A stretch of 64,000 nucleotides of DNA from Podarcis tiliguerta (Eukaryota). The stretch lies in NCBI GenBank assembly GCA_965153285.1, contig OZ229120.1, one strand, 5' to 3'. A model generated the notes under the pieces. It had not been told where the DNA came from. It ran no database searches and was given only the letters and a program-made list of their open reading frames with translations. Positions within the stretch are counted from its first letter, which is position 1; the number at the start of each line of letters is the position of its first letter. A program made the translations under genes and the position numbers. Below are positions 1 through 12,207 of the stretch, piece after piece.

Positions 1-861
1 ATGGTTCGAGTAAGTGCCACTTTCTCTAAGAGCAAAGCTTGAATGTATAAAATCAGTAGTGTTTACAAGATCCAACGATGCATTCATCACCTGTTAAAGA
101 AGCAAATAGTCCATTTGCTGCTCATTTGCCAACACAAAGTCTGGCAGCGTGTAACGAAATACCCAAGAGGTGGGGCTGCCCTGAAGGAAATACTTTGCAT
201 TTGGCAGCAACAATCAAGGCGGAATTGGCAGAGCAGTGGATAACATCACAAACATCAAGCAAAATACCTTCAGCCGGGGCCATCCCTGGCTTTGTATTAT
301 AACCTTTCTCTTTTTCCTCCCTGTTTTTAAAATTGTCATTCATTTTCTATGGTGTTTGGGTATTGGAGCCCCTTAAGGGATTTTGACAAGATAATACTAT
401 GAACATTTTAAGTAATCTTCAAGAAGTGGTCTTAGAAGATCTTATTTTTTAAACAAAATCTTCATTGCATCTTATTGCTCAGCTTACGCATTGCAGCTGA
501 AGTTGCCTCCACGTGACAACTTGCTGCTGCAGTAACACATAGAGCCAGTCATCAGGTTGTGCCCCCGCAGCCCTATATCTCAGCACCAGCCACTGCTAGG
601 AACATGTTCTGCTGGTGAAGGCGATGTCGGGACGTGTATGGGAAATGGGAGCGGGGAGGGACATCTCACTAGGTTGTTCTGGATGGTATAACTTGTTGAA
701 AAAAGCTTAGGATCTCCCAACTGCTTTTAGGTGCTTCTTTTAGGGTGAACTGCATGTTACAATAAACACACGACAAAAGTGTGCTCAAACTTCTGAACAA
801 AAAGCAGCTGTGTAGTCACAATCTGGACTGGTGACACATTCCACATCAGGGCTCCAAACTA

Positions 862-1121
862 CCGTATTTTTCGCTCTATAAGATGCACCAGACCACAAGA
901 CGCACCTAGTTTTTGGAGGAGGAAAACAAGAAAAAAAAATATTCTGAATCTGAGAAGCCAGAACAGCAAGAGGGATCACTGCGCAGTGAAAGCAGCAATC
1001 CCTCTTGCTGTTCTGGCTTCTGTGATAGCTGCAGAGCCTGCATTCGCTCCATAAGACGCACACACATTTCCCCTTACTTTTTAGGAGGGAAAAAGTGAGT
1101 CTTATAGAGCAAAAAATATGG
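862..1121. mobile_element. Tc1/mariner-superfamily (Tc2/pogo-like) MITE
   Basis: TIRs CCGTATTTTTCGCTCTATAAGA / TCTTATAGAGCAAAAAATATGG, flanked by TA on both sides. Internal perfect 24-bp inverted repeat at 953-976/998-1021. Confidence 0.85.
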
Positions 1122-3509
1122 TAATTTTTCTGCTGACCTCTTCTCTCTAGCTGCTGATGGCTCTTGAATGTATTTAGGAGAACACAATACGAAATACACG
1201 GTGTGTACAAACTTGTATAGAGTGTACATTGCTATCTTTAGGAGACAAATCGCAGCAAGGGCAAGGAATTTTCCACAGGATACTATCCTGATCTAGGTGT
1301 GTGTTCCAGATCCCAAAGTTGCTTTTTCTTCAAAACAGAAGTAGTTTAAACATACTTTTTCCCCTGAAAGTGTGTTTATCGTAACATTTAGTCTGGCCTA
1401 AAGTACAAACTTAACAGAAGCTAAATTGCAAGTTAGCACTTTTAAACAATCTGATGTTTTGAGCTGTCTTTAAGGCAAGATTTTTGTTATGAAGATGATA
1501 TTGTTAACAAGCAGGTGCCCTTACATTTGGTACCAAAGATTATGCTGATTTTGTAATCGATGTAGATTTGTTTTCCTTCAAATGATGAAAACGTGTAAAA
1601 TTTAGTACTTGTTGCTGTGCTGCTTTAGAAACTGTTTTCAGTCATTTTTTTGTTTATTTGTTTACTGCTAACTTGGTGTCTAGATTTTGTTTGAAGGACA
1701 AATTCCTTAACTTGACTTTGCTTTTTATATATGCCTTGAAAATCTGAAACAGATGCTTTCCCTTAAAAAAAATATAGTGGTCAGACTATGACCATAATAT
1801 AATTGAATCAAGATATTTAATCAGAATTAATGTAAGTTATAAATATCATTGAAATGTCAAAGTCTGTATAGTTTAGTTGGCATAGTGGGTTTTGTTTTTA
1901 GTTTACAAAACCACTTTTAAAATGCAGATTCTTCATAGTGCTGGACAATTATGTGCATTATTCCCGTTCTATAGCATCCTGATGAGCAATATGTGAAAAT
2001 ACCACCGACAAGTTCCCGTGCCTTTTCACTTCTTTGAAGCTCCACTTTCTATATGGGGCTGTGTTTTTTGTTCTGAGACAGCAGACAATGAGAATTATTA
2101 AGGGTTTTGTATGAACAAAAAAAGCCGTAAACAGAATGGCTGTAAATCTAGAGGATCAAAGCACAATTGATGGAGCGACTTCAGAAATGCATGTTGGGGG
2201 AACAACCAGTGGTTCTCCCATGTGGTTTCACCTGCAGATTTCTGCCATATAGAAGAAGAAAACAGAAGAAAAACAAATGCAGAATAAATCTTCATTTTAG
2301 CCCTTTTCAGATATTCGAGGCCTTTTCACACACACTCGTATGACCTTCACACATTTAGTGTGTTTAAAGGAACAGACAGGACCTGCACAGGTTTTAGTGC
2401 TCAGTGCATAATAGCCTGTGAGGGACCTCAAGACAAAGGGAGTGTAGCCTATGTGCATGCCTGCATCTCACTACTCTTTTAACCCTTATGTGTTCAGACC
2501 AGTGCCTGTAGAGAGTGATACAATGCTGTGTAGAAGGAAGGGTGGGCTGATTATGCCATTCCCAAATGCATGGAATAATCTTGCTCCTGCAGGAACCTAC
2601 CAGGCCAACAAGTCTTACCTAGTCCAGCATCCTTTTTGCTGCAGTGGCCAACCAGATGTCCACAAGCAAGACCTGAAGGCAAAAGCCTTCTCTTTTCCTT
2701 TTCCTACAGTGCATATTCAGTGGCATTCTGCCTCTTTTCTCATCAGGATATTCATACATTGGATGAAACGGATAAACCCATAAAGGAATGTGATTTCCCC
2801 TGCCCACCAGGAAACTATGAATAGTAAAATACTGCTTGTTGATTTTTGCAGCATAGGCAGTGAGCTTCGCCTTTGCTATCATTAATTTTTACTATTCTTT
2901 TCCTTACAAAAAGAAGCCCATAGCAGAGAGAAAGAACATTTTTTGAGGAAAGTGTAGGCTTAAGGATTGGTTTTGTAAACTCCGAAGATATTACTGGAAA
3001 ACGTATGGTGTTTAGGATGACACACACACACAAAAATAGTCAAAAATAAAAGTTCCTTAGGCTGTTTAATGACCATAATAGTAATGTTGGCATGTTTCCT
3101 TTTGAAATATAGTAATGTTAGAGCAGTCTAGCTAGACTGATTTTCCATAAAAGGTGTCACACAATCACCTTAAAGAAGTTGAGACTAGTGCCTTTTTCAT
3201 CCTCAGGCATAACTTCAATCCTGTTACTTAATTCTTCTGTGTCATGTTTTCCTCCCCTTATCTAGACTATTTCCACATGTCTATAAAGGGCTAATAAACT
3301 GGTTAACAAAACCACTTTTATGTTTTGCATCTCAGGGAAATATCAGTTTTTCAATATAAACACAACAGGAAAAGATAGAATTGAAAGTGGATGAAAGCCT
3401 ATCATATTACATAAAAAAGAAGAAGCAAGGTTTTCATGTAATGGAATGAGGCTGCAGTCCTATGCACCTTGGAAGAATTCAAGGGGACATGTATGGGATT
3501 TGCACCATG

Positions 3510-3597
3510 AGGCTGCAATCCTATGCAAGTTTAGTTGAGAGTAAACACCGCTGAGCACAATTGGACTTACTTCTCAGTAGAAGTGCATAGACTTGGG
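3510..3597. repeat. Old ~85-bp palindromic interspersed repeat (GCTGCAATCCTAT...ATAGGATTGCAGC type)
   Basis: Degenerate self-complementary unit. A similar copy lies at ~42818-42910. Confidence 0.5.
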
Positions 3598-4078
3598 AGT
3601 GTGAAAAAAAGCCACTTAGATGAAGAATAAGGAAGATTTAAAAGATGCTAGGAAAGATGTAAATGCTGGAATGGTCTGCTTAAAATACAGTTGCAGTGTT
3701 TGGCTCAGCATTTCATTTAGGTGTTGTTTCATTGAAAATCTAAAATGACAGTAATTTTAAATCCGGATGTCACAACTGTCTTTTTTATGCGCGATGCCAT
3801 TTTGGGTCCTCCAGCCCCTTCATTGTTTGCATATTATGCAGAGACCATGAGCTTCTTTTTTCTTTGTCAGAACTCTGCTCTTAGTTACATGAGCACAGAT
3901 TCTGGAATTTTCCCTGAATGGCAGGAACCCTGCATTTCACCAATGGGATGTTGGCAAAAACTTCTCACATCCTGCCCTGTGTCTTTGCCTTGAGCTTTTA
4001 CTATATATCTCTTCTCTTGAGTAGTAAAATCTATCACCATTTAAGATCTGCATTCCCCGTTGAGATCAAGCCCTAGAG

Positions 4079-4216
4079 TAGCCATCCACAACCCAACACC
4101 CTCCCAATGTTTTGGACAACAACCCCCATCAGTCTCAACCAGCATGACCTTGTTGCTTGGGTCTGATGGGAATTGTAGTCCAAAAAACTTGGAGAGCACC
4201 AGGATGGGAAAGGCTG
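4079..4216. mobile_element. Degenerate palindromic hAT-type MITE (same family as 7726-7861)
   Basis: Shares the core ...ggactacaactcccatca...tgatgggaattgtagtcc... with 7726-7861. Further decayed copies at ~43495-43605, ~47350-47430, ~51860-51955, ~52305-52425 and ~57680-57770. Confidence 0.6.
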
Positions 4217-6504
4217 TCCCAGAACTTAAAGAGTCAAAAAGGTAGCCTACAGAAACTTGGGCAAGGTTACAGTTAGTGGGATTTACATTTGCTCATCACA
4301 TTGCAAAAAATTAAAAGTGTTCAAATACAGGTAAGGAATAAATGGCTTCTTTGCTTTCATAATTTTTCCATAACATATATTTGTTGCTTGTTTCCTACCA
4401 CAAATAGCTACTGTGATAGAGAATCATAATTGACCAGCACTATCTCCAACACATACCCAGTAGTTAAAATCTGATCCCTTAATGCAAAACTGTAGGAACA
4501 GTCTCTTTAGAAATGCACAGTAAGAAAGGGAATTTGTTTTCATTCGGATAATTTTACTTGTGAAGACTTGTAATTCATAAAGCGGTGTTTTATAATTTGT
4601 GTTTTTCCTTTTGTTTGGAGCTCTGGAGCTCCTCAGATTAATGAAGATAAATGTATAATATATTCATGTTTATCCTTTGAGGAGATTCTCCTTCTTACTC
4701 CCTTTCTAAAATGTGAAGACTACTCAACGTTTCAATTGAGTTTGGAGTCTCTCTCTTCAACAATGCCAGAATAACGTCCCACGAAAAAGAAATACAATGT
4801 AATGGAGCTAAACGAAAATGAATGCAATTGCCAGCTAGTATTCTGTTTGCATGTGCACATTTGATACCTTGAAAGATCATAAAAGCGAGGATTCAAATTA
4901 GTCTGCTTTGTGGCAACTTTCAATACTGGTTACCCACTGCCTTCAGCAAGTGTGGAAGTTATGCAGCTTCTTAGATCCTACAATGCTTAGATAGGTTGTT
5001 ATCCAATGAGATAACACCTATTCAGACAATCAATAGTGGTGTGTGCACTGACAACAAGTTTCCGTTCAGACCCCAGTTTTGCCCTTCAGAAAACAGTTCA
5101 GGGACCATCAGGTCAAGGACCACCCAAATACCTGGTGCTCCAGTCCACCATCTCCACCCCACCATCTGAATTCACTATTGGGAAATTTAAAAACAGCTAT
5201 AACTCATTTTGACAGTGGATGAAAGTCCCTCCAGAGTGGATAGACCCTTCAAAATTACCAGCACATTGGTTTTCGAGCTTTTGTGCTGGGCACAATTCCT
5301 TTTGTAAAGGAGATATCTATATTATTTCATTTGGAGGGCAGAATTGGAAGAAATTTACAGACGCTATTGCCCCTTCTCAATGTATTACTCCTGCTAAATT
5401 TCAGAAGAATGTCTCTTAAAGTTTTAGGATAGGTAAAAAAAGGAATCCCTTAATCTCCCAGGCTAGTGTCTTGAGGGCAATAGTTCTGAAATTTGTAGAT
5501 ATGAAAGCTCCCTTCTGGTAAAAAAACCCGACCAAATTCCAGGTGAATAGGTCTGGGGCTTTTGTGTTAAGCACCTGTGACATTTATTTGGGGGGGCAGA
5601 TGAACAAAATGGTTTTCACTTTTGGGATAAAATCATTCCCTCTGATTATAATCTTGATTTGACATCCATAGCAGAGCTCTTCCTCTGCCCCCTTCCCACC
5701 ATGGTGTCTGCTGTCCATTTCCCCATCACTTAGAGATATTACTTTTGCTTTTCTCAGATGCTTGTCTGCAGCATTTTTTGACATTTGGATTGCTGAGGCA
5801 CCGTGAAATGCTTCAGGGGTGCCTATTTTTATTCATGACACCTTGAACAGAGCCTGCTTTGCTTCTGAAAAGCTCAAAATCTCTCCAAGGCACCCTCCTT
5901 CAACTTGGGGTTCTGGTTCTGAGGCACACCCCTAACATATTTCACAATTAGCCTTTCCGTATATATTCCAGTATCTCAACTGCTAAAGCTCTGGTCCTTT
6001 TTCTTTCTTTTTTTGTAAATGACGTGTTGCAGGGTGAAGAATGGGGCAATTGACTTTTTAAAAGACTGGAAAGTTTCATTATAATTTAAAAAGATGTGCT
6101 CCGATCCAATGGGAGGGGGCAGTTACAAACAAGTATTTGCATGTGTGTTTCCTGGGCTAAAAGGTTCCAGTATCTGGATTAGAAATTGAGGTCTATGAAA
6201 CAGACACTCATTATCTGTTTCTCCTATTAGATTGAGATGGTGGAAACATATCTCTGGATCTGGGTGCAATTTCACTCCCCCCCCCCCTTTCCCTTTCTTT
6301 TTTCTTTTTAAGAGCACTGTTACCCTGGATAGGCAAAAGCACAATTGTTTTAACTGTATATACTAAAGGAAGCAAGTTTGCCAAAACCAGCCTTCCTGGA
6401 CAGTACTACTGCTATAGAGCATACCCAGCTCCCATTTGTGTGCACTGTTGAGATGTATTCTGTCAGGATCATCTTGTCTGATGCTTTTATTGTTATTATT
6501 TTGT

Positions 6505-6597
6505 GTACAGGAGTTGTTGTTAATTCTTTGTTACTTGTACAACCTGTAAAATAAATTAAAACTTTTTTCCAGTACTTCTTTTGTTGAGGTTTTTGTA
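6505..6597 (+). terminator. Cleavage/polyadenylation site
   Basis: AATAAA at 6550-6555 overlaps ATTAAA at 6555-6560. Three upstream TGTA (CFIm-type) motifs near 6505, 6536 and 6545, and a downstream U/GU-rich tract (cttctttttgttgaggtttttgt) at ~6576-6597. Confidence 0.6.
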
Positions 6598-6714
6598 CAC
6601 AATAATTTCGTTTCACCAAAAGCCATAAATAGAAAATTAACACATATCAGGATCACCTCTCTTCGTATGAACCTTCCCATCCTCTGAGACCCTTTTTCAT
6701 GTGCCTCCTCCCTG

Positions 6715-6830
6715 AGAGGTCCGGAGGGTGGAAACACAAGAACTGGCCTTTTCTGCAATGGCTCCCCATTTGTGGAATGCTCTCCCCAGGAAGTTTTGGC
6801 TGGCACCTTCATTATACACCTTTAGGCAAA
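6715..6830 (+). mobile_element. L2-clade LINE ORF2 C-terminal relic
   Basis: Translates as AFSAMAPHLWNALPRKFWLAPSLYTFRQ, matching the AP.LWN.LP motif at the end of L2 ORF2. Confidence 0.55.
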
Positions 6831-7014
6831 ATATGGGCAAGCAGTTGCATAGTTTGGGTTTTCTGCACTGAGCACAGCTGTGTAAGTCTTTACCAAATAA
6901 TTGCCATCATTGCAATCAAATGGTACACATGACTTCACATTCATTGTGCTAGTCTTCACACTGAAGGCAAAAGTGTGAGAAGCATTACTTGCAAGGAGAC
7001 AAGTGACACTGTGA

Positions 7015-7016
<2 letters not shown>

Positions 7017-7054
<38 letters not shown>
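7017..7054. repeat. (AC)n microsatellite
   Basis: Direct: ~19 perfect units. Confidence 0.98.
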
Positions 7055-7056
<2 letters not shown>

Positions 7057-7725
7057 ACCATCATGATCCATCCATGCTTTCCAATATAAACAAGCAAGGT
7101 ATCTATACTGGCTTCAGATTGTAAAACCAAAAGTGTCTTCTAAACGACTCCTTCATCTTGCTTCTTAGAAAGCACCCTTCCACATGCTTAGAATAAGCCC
7201 TCTTTGTCCTTTCTGGTTTGATATGTGAGGGATCAGAAAAACAACTGGAATACTGAATCATCTTCCTGCCCTTCAATTTTCCCTTTTGCTTCTATTCTCA
7301 GCATTTGATTGATTGATTGATTGATTGATTGCCTCCTTCATTTTCTTGCTGTTAAGCACTTAGGAGACCAGAACACATGGCTGGTAGGTATACTTGAAGA
7401 CTTTTGCCTGGTTGGTCCAAGGTGAGCCCTTGAGAATCTGAAATCATCACATGCAAAAGTGTTGGTTGAGTCCATTACCAAGTTTTTTTGTGGGACACTT
7501 TACCACCTGACCTTATTCTGGATATCATCTTGCTTTCAATGCTTGCCAGAAAGAAAACAGCAGATGGACCACTTAAATTACTAGCAATGGTATATCGGAA
7601 AGATTTTTTTTGGTTTTAGAAGATTACTCTTATTTTTATGGGACTTCCAAGGGATCCACAACACAGAGAAAACAGTAATTCTGCTCTCCTTGGTTAATGC
7701 ACCACACCATTATGTTAATTTATAC

Positions 7726-7861
7726 TAGGCTTCCTCAACCTCAGCCCTCCAGATGTTTTGAGACTACAATTCCCATCATCCCTGACCACTGGTCCTGCTA
7801 GCTAGGGATTGTGGGAGTTGTATGCCAAAAACATCTGGAGGGCCGAGGTTGAGGAAGCCTG
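7726..7861. mobile_element. 136-bp palindromic hAT MITE
   Basis: Near-perfect TIRs AGGCTTCCTCAACCTC / GAGGTTGAGGAAGCCT. 8-bp TSD ATTTATAC (7718-7725) / ATTTATAT (7862-7869). Confidence 0.9.
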
Positions 7862-8849
7862 ATTTATATCATAAAGCAGGGGAAGAGACGTGTTATCTGC
7901 GTTCATCATTGTATGGACGGACACTGCTTAGGGGTGAGTTCATTCTGCCAAAAACAAGGATTGAAGAATCACCCTGAAAAATATATGTTTCTCTGATATT
8001 CCAAATCTTAATCCAGAATCAACAGTTGATTTGGCCTGTGCAAGGTCCCTTTCATAACTCCAAAACATCTGTTTACACCAAAGCTTTATATAGCAATAGA
8101 GGGAAATGTTTAACTATCCATTAGGCTGACAAATGCATGAACACCATAAAAAGACAGCTTGCCTCAGCTACCTCTTAATTTGACAAAATTAGAGAATTAA
8201 TGTAGCCTTTCCCCTCTAAAATACATGATTCAATCAGAGGCCCCCACCACCTGCAGCTTCTCCGGTGCATAATGCTTTTTCAAAGAAATTATCTCATTGT
8301 AGCTGGCTAGTTTGGAGGGGAAAAATTACAAAGCCATCCATCACTGTCCATGAATGAGATAAGAGTATTAATGTGGAACCTGTTTATCTCCATTCAGGTA
8401 TAAAATTACAATTATTTTAACATTAATTCTTACCATTCTGTGTTTTTCTTTGCTCTCAAGGGTTATCAGTTCACAAATTTGCTCCTAATGCATAGCTAAT
8501 AGCAAATCTTTTTTCCTCATTAAAATAGGCCCGTGATATTCTCTCTCAGGAGCTCCTGTAGGTCTGGGCTATTATGCAGAGTGCACAGCATGCTAAACCG
8601 CCATCTTAAGTTCACATTGTTGGTGACAGCAGAGCTTGACAAAAGGAATACTGCCAAAAAGTAATAAAATAATGCCCAAGAGAAAATATGCAGCCAAGAA
8701 AATATACTGCAACGCCACAAAGTTACAACAAACCACCATCAAATAATGCAAATCATATTTTTGTGGCTGCTTTGTAAATCTCAGGCAAGACTGGGCCCAC
8801 CATCAGACACAGTGAGGAGCTAATTTGGGGTGTCGTGAAAGGCTAGCTA

Positions 8850-10500
8850 TTTTTTTATATTAAAAAAACTCTATCTTTTATAGATGTTATACAGAACAAT
8901 AAGATTCAATAAACTCCTCTCTGCCCCACTTGGAAGAACAGATTCATACAAGAGATACAGAAAAGATATCATTTGAAAGTCATCCTACTAAGAGATGTTA
9001 AATAAAAGTATCTGTCCATAATTTGCTGTGAGTTGCAGGTGGTTGGCAGTCATGTTCTTTGTATAAGCATATGATTTTTTTTAAAAAAAAATAAAATAAA
9101 AATCAAATCATGTGTTCTGGAACGTGTCTCTTTGTTCACCTAGTTTCCAGTCAATTTATCCATTAGTGTCATGTCCCCGATTTGATTCAGCCACATTTTA
9201 TATGTCAACATTTAGAGTTCTTCAGTTCCTGGCAATGGCCAAGTGAGCAGCTATTGTGAATTGTAATATAAGCTTTTTAGATGAAAATTATTCAGCATCT
9301 CCTTCAAACATAAATAATAAAGGAATATTGGGACTGAGAGCTACCTGTTGTTTAGTTACGGTACTTAAGGTAAAGGTAAAGGTACCCCTGCCCGTACGGG
9401 CCAGTCTTGACAGACTCTAGGGTTGTGCGCCCATCTCACTCAAGAGGCCGGGGGCCAGCGCTGTCCGGAGACACTTCCGGGTCACGTGGCCAGCGTGACA
9501 AAGCTGCATCTGGCGAGCCAGCGCAGCACACGGAAACGCCGTTTACCTTCCCGCTAGTAAGCGGTCCCTATTTATCTACTTGCACCCGGGGGTGCTTTCG
9601 AACTGCTAGGTTGGCAGGCGCTGGGACTGAGCAACGGGAGCGCACCCCGCCGCAGGGATTCGAACCGCCGACCTTTCGATCGGCAAGCCCTAGGCACTGA
9701 GGCTTTTACCCACAGCGCCACCCGCGTCCCAGTTACGGTACTTATTTCACAAAAAAACATTTTTTCCAAAATGAGAAGACAAATTCACCACATGTAGGCA
9801 AACGAAGCTACATTTTTAGAGTTTCTCCAGCAAGTTTTTGGGAGAGCGTCATTGATTTTATTGAGTAGTACAGGGTGCATAAACCATCTAAGAGTGAGTT
9901 TTAGTGTGTTTTACCTCACTTTATCTGAAGAAGATCTAAGAGAAAACTTCTCCCAGATTCTATTCCAGGAAGCCTCATTTATAGTATCGTTCAAATGTCT
10001 CTCCCAGTGGAGTTTCAGAGCATTTAAAGGTTTGGAAGAAAAATTGGCCAATGAGCTGTGGTATATATTATATTTCCAGGGGAGTTAATGACTAGGTTGC
10101 CTGGGGTGTGATTCCCCCCCCCCTACCTACAAGCACATTTTAAATTTAAAGTTTTTAATAATAGGTTTAAACTTTTCAAGTAAAAGTAAGTTTCTTGGAA
10201 TCAATGTACCCAGATATTTTGTATATGTTTTCTCAGTGCTAAGTCCAGTAATGTTGTGTAATTTAGCTCTTAATTCCTGTCAGGTGTGAATACCTAGCAG
10301 ATCAGAGTTAGATACATTTACGATAAAGCCCAAAACAGAGCCATACAGTTTTAGTTCCTGCATCACTGCCAAAAGTGAGGTTTCATATTTAGTAATAATC
10401 AATGCTACATCATTGGCAAACAGGTTGATGAGAAAGGCTAGCTAATTAGTTCTTTCATGTATTGTCTTGCAGGGAGAGGAATAAGCCCTTGTGTAACATT
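8850..10500 (-). mobile_element. Decayed L1-clade LINE ORF2/3' relic, interrupted by a Sauria SINE
   Basis: Minus strand reads VTQGLILSP...LINLFANDVALII...LKLYGSVLGFIVNVSNS...KYLG (RT motifs QG..LSP, FADD-like, YLG) at ~10160-10500, and YMW*IC (HMWW.C-like knuckle) near 9780-9800. Many stops. Ends approximate. Confidence 0.65.
9368..9730 (-). mobile_element. Sauria SINE, full length (subfamily A)
   Basis: tRNA-derived head GGGACGCGGGTGGCGCTGTGG with B-box GGTTCGAATCC and (ACCTTT)n tail. 14-bp TSD AGTTACGGTACTTA (9354-9367 / 9731-9744). Confidence 0.95.
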
Positions 10501-10874
10501 TTCTTCTCCTGCCTCAGCTGTCATAATATCTTGATTGGCTTGGGCACTATATACCTTGACTTGGAAACAATGAATTCATTTGCTGCAGCAAATCTCTTCA
10601 GCAGCAAAATGTCTTGAGCCAACCTTGCAGTCAGGGCAAAAATACAAGAAATGTCCTTACTGCTACTGGCTGAGAGAAGCACATTCCTGTTAGTTGTATT
10701 GGTCCTAAGGATGATCAAATATGTCAATCTTGGTTTCTCTCAGTTTTCCAGTTTTCCAGTTTTTAAGCTGAGTTCTTCACATTTCCAAATCATCTTGTAG
10801 CCTGAGAATGAGGAGCAATGCCAACAATGAAAGAGAAGAAGAATGAAAATAACTGGATTCATGTGGAAAGTTTT

Positions 10875-11980
10875 GTGGGTTTTTTTATTTTATATGTATA
10901 TTATTAGTTTTCCGATATAGCCCCAATAATAGCCAAATTATAACAATAAAAATTAATTCCCAAATTATACAATTATCAAAATGCCAGTCAACTTCCAATT
11001 AGCACATTTTAGTTAAAGTCGCCCCCCACATGGTAATTTCGGTGCATTTCCGATCTTATATTACTGCGTTCCATAATCTTAATTAATGTCAGTTACATTT
11101 CAGTTATAATAATAATCCCTTAGTCAACAGTTACAGTTAGTCAACGATTTCCATTCATGATGTTACAGTTTATAAATTTTTAAAGCTTCAAGTGAGGAAC
11201 TTAAACTATTATCTTTATTCTGCCCTGTGTGTGAAAACTGTTATGTCCATGGAGATTCCTTCTGTCCATATATGGTGTTGTCCTTTTCACTTCCCAGCTC
11301 TTTTTTTCCATCGTGGTTTGGGATGGACCTGAATCTCGAAGTTCCTCAGAGGTCTTATCGTCTTATCTCTCCATCCCTTGCTTCAATGTCTCGGAACAGG
11401 CACAGTCTGCTAGAAACCATTCTGTCTCGCTAGTAGACAGAATGGCAGATCTTTACCATTTTCCTCTCAGCCTAGGAAAAGGTGGGCAGTTTTCAAACAC
11501 ACTGAAGATTTAATACTTCTTTCCAACCCCCAGAATTTCTGCAGCACTCTCATGATAGCCCCCAATCTTTTTTTTCTTTCCAGCAAGAAATTTATGGCCC
11601 AATTAAAATTTATCTTAGATTACATTCCATCAGTAGCACACACAAATCTCAGTTTCTTTTTCCTTGTCTGTTGTTCATAAACGATGGTGAGGGAAGTTAC
11701 TCTGTCTTTCCAACATAGTCACACTTGAGCTTCCCCTCCCCCACCTTTCTTCATTTCAGATCACACGCAGTTTCCACTTTTGCTTGTTAATATCAATATT
11801 ACTACAACGTCCCTTCCTCACTTGTAAAGATATTTATTCAAGAGAGGGTTGTTGAATCATAAATATATAAAGAAGCTTAGAATAAACAAACCATGGGCGG
11901 CTTCCCACTCCCCAACTGACTCTCATGCCGAAGAAAATCTTATCTCAATTCAAACGTTTGATCCATGTAGCTGGTATATT
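10875..11980 (-). mobile_element. Possible L1-derived segment
   Basis: T-rich left end and a composition like the lizard L1 3' UTR at 14339-14700. No clear protein motif. Confidence 0.3.
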
Positions 11981-11988
11981 CCGCAGTA

Positions 11989-12207
11989 CAGTGGTACCTC
12001 GGGTTAAGTGCTTAATTCGTTCCAGAGGTCTGTTCTTAATCTGAAACTGTTCTTAACCTGAAGCACCACTTTAGCTAATGGGGCCTCCTGCTGCTGCTGT
12101 GCCGCTGGAGCACGATTTCTGTTCTTATCCTGAAGCAAAGTTCTTAACCCGAGGTACTATTTTTGGATTAGTGGAGTCTGAAGCGTATGTAACTTGAGGT
12201 ATCACTG
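11989..12207. mobile_element. Tigger/pogo-like MITE
   Basis: TIRs CAGTGGTACCTC / GAGGTATCACTG and TA TSD. Near-identical to 39407-39648. Confidence 0.9.

Larger units (their letters stand above)
1..6575 (+). other. Probable distal part of a long 3' UTR of an unidentified upstream gene
   Basis: Inference. AT/U-rich and poor in young TEs compared with the rest of the window, no credible ORF, ends in a canonical poly(A) site, and carries a Pumilio-type TGTATATA at 6355-6362. Gene identity not recognised. Confidence 0.5.

Noticed and set aside
43-302. Short ORFs at the window start as a terminal coding exon
   Set aside because: In-frame stops upstream, no convincing splice acceptor and no recognisable protein.
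2852-2870. CAGTGA preceded by C-N5, as in an iron-responsive element
   Set aside because: The upper stem ATAGG / GCTTC does not pair.
4629-4684. Hairpin with ATGA-N12-AA-N20-GA spacing resembling a SECIS
   Set aside because: The best upper helix (GATAAATGT/ATGTTTATC) is out of register with the GA quartet by ~3 nt, and the 3' GA is used by the CTCCTCA/TGAGGAG stem. A SECISearch run would settle it.
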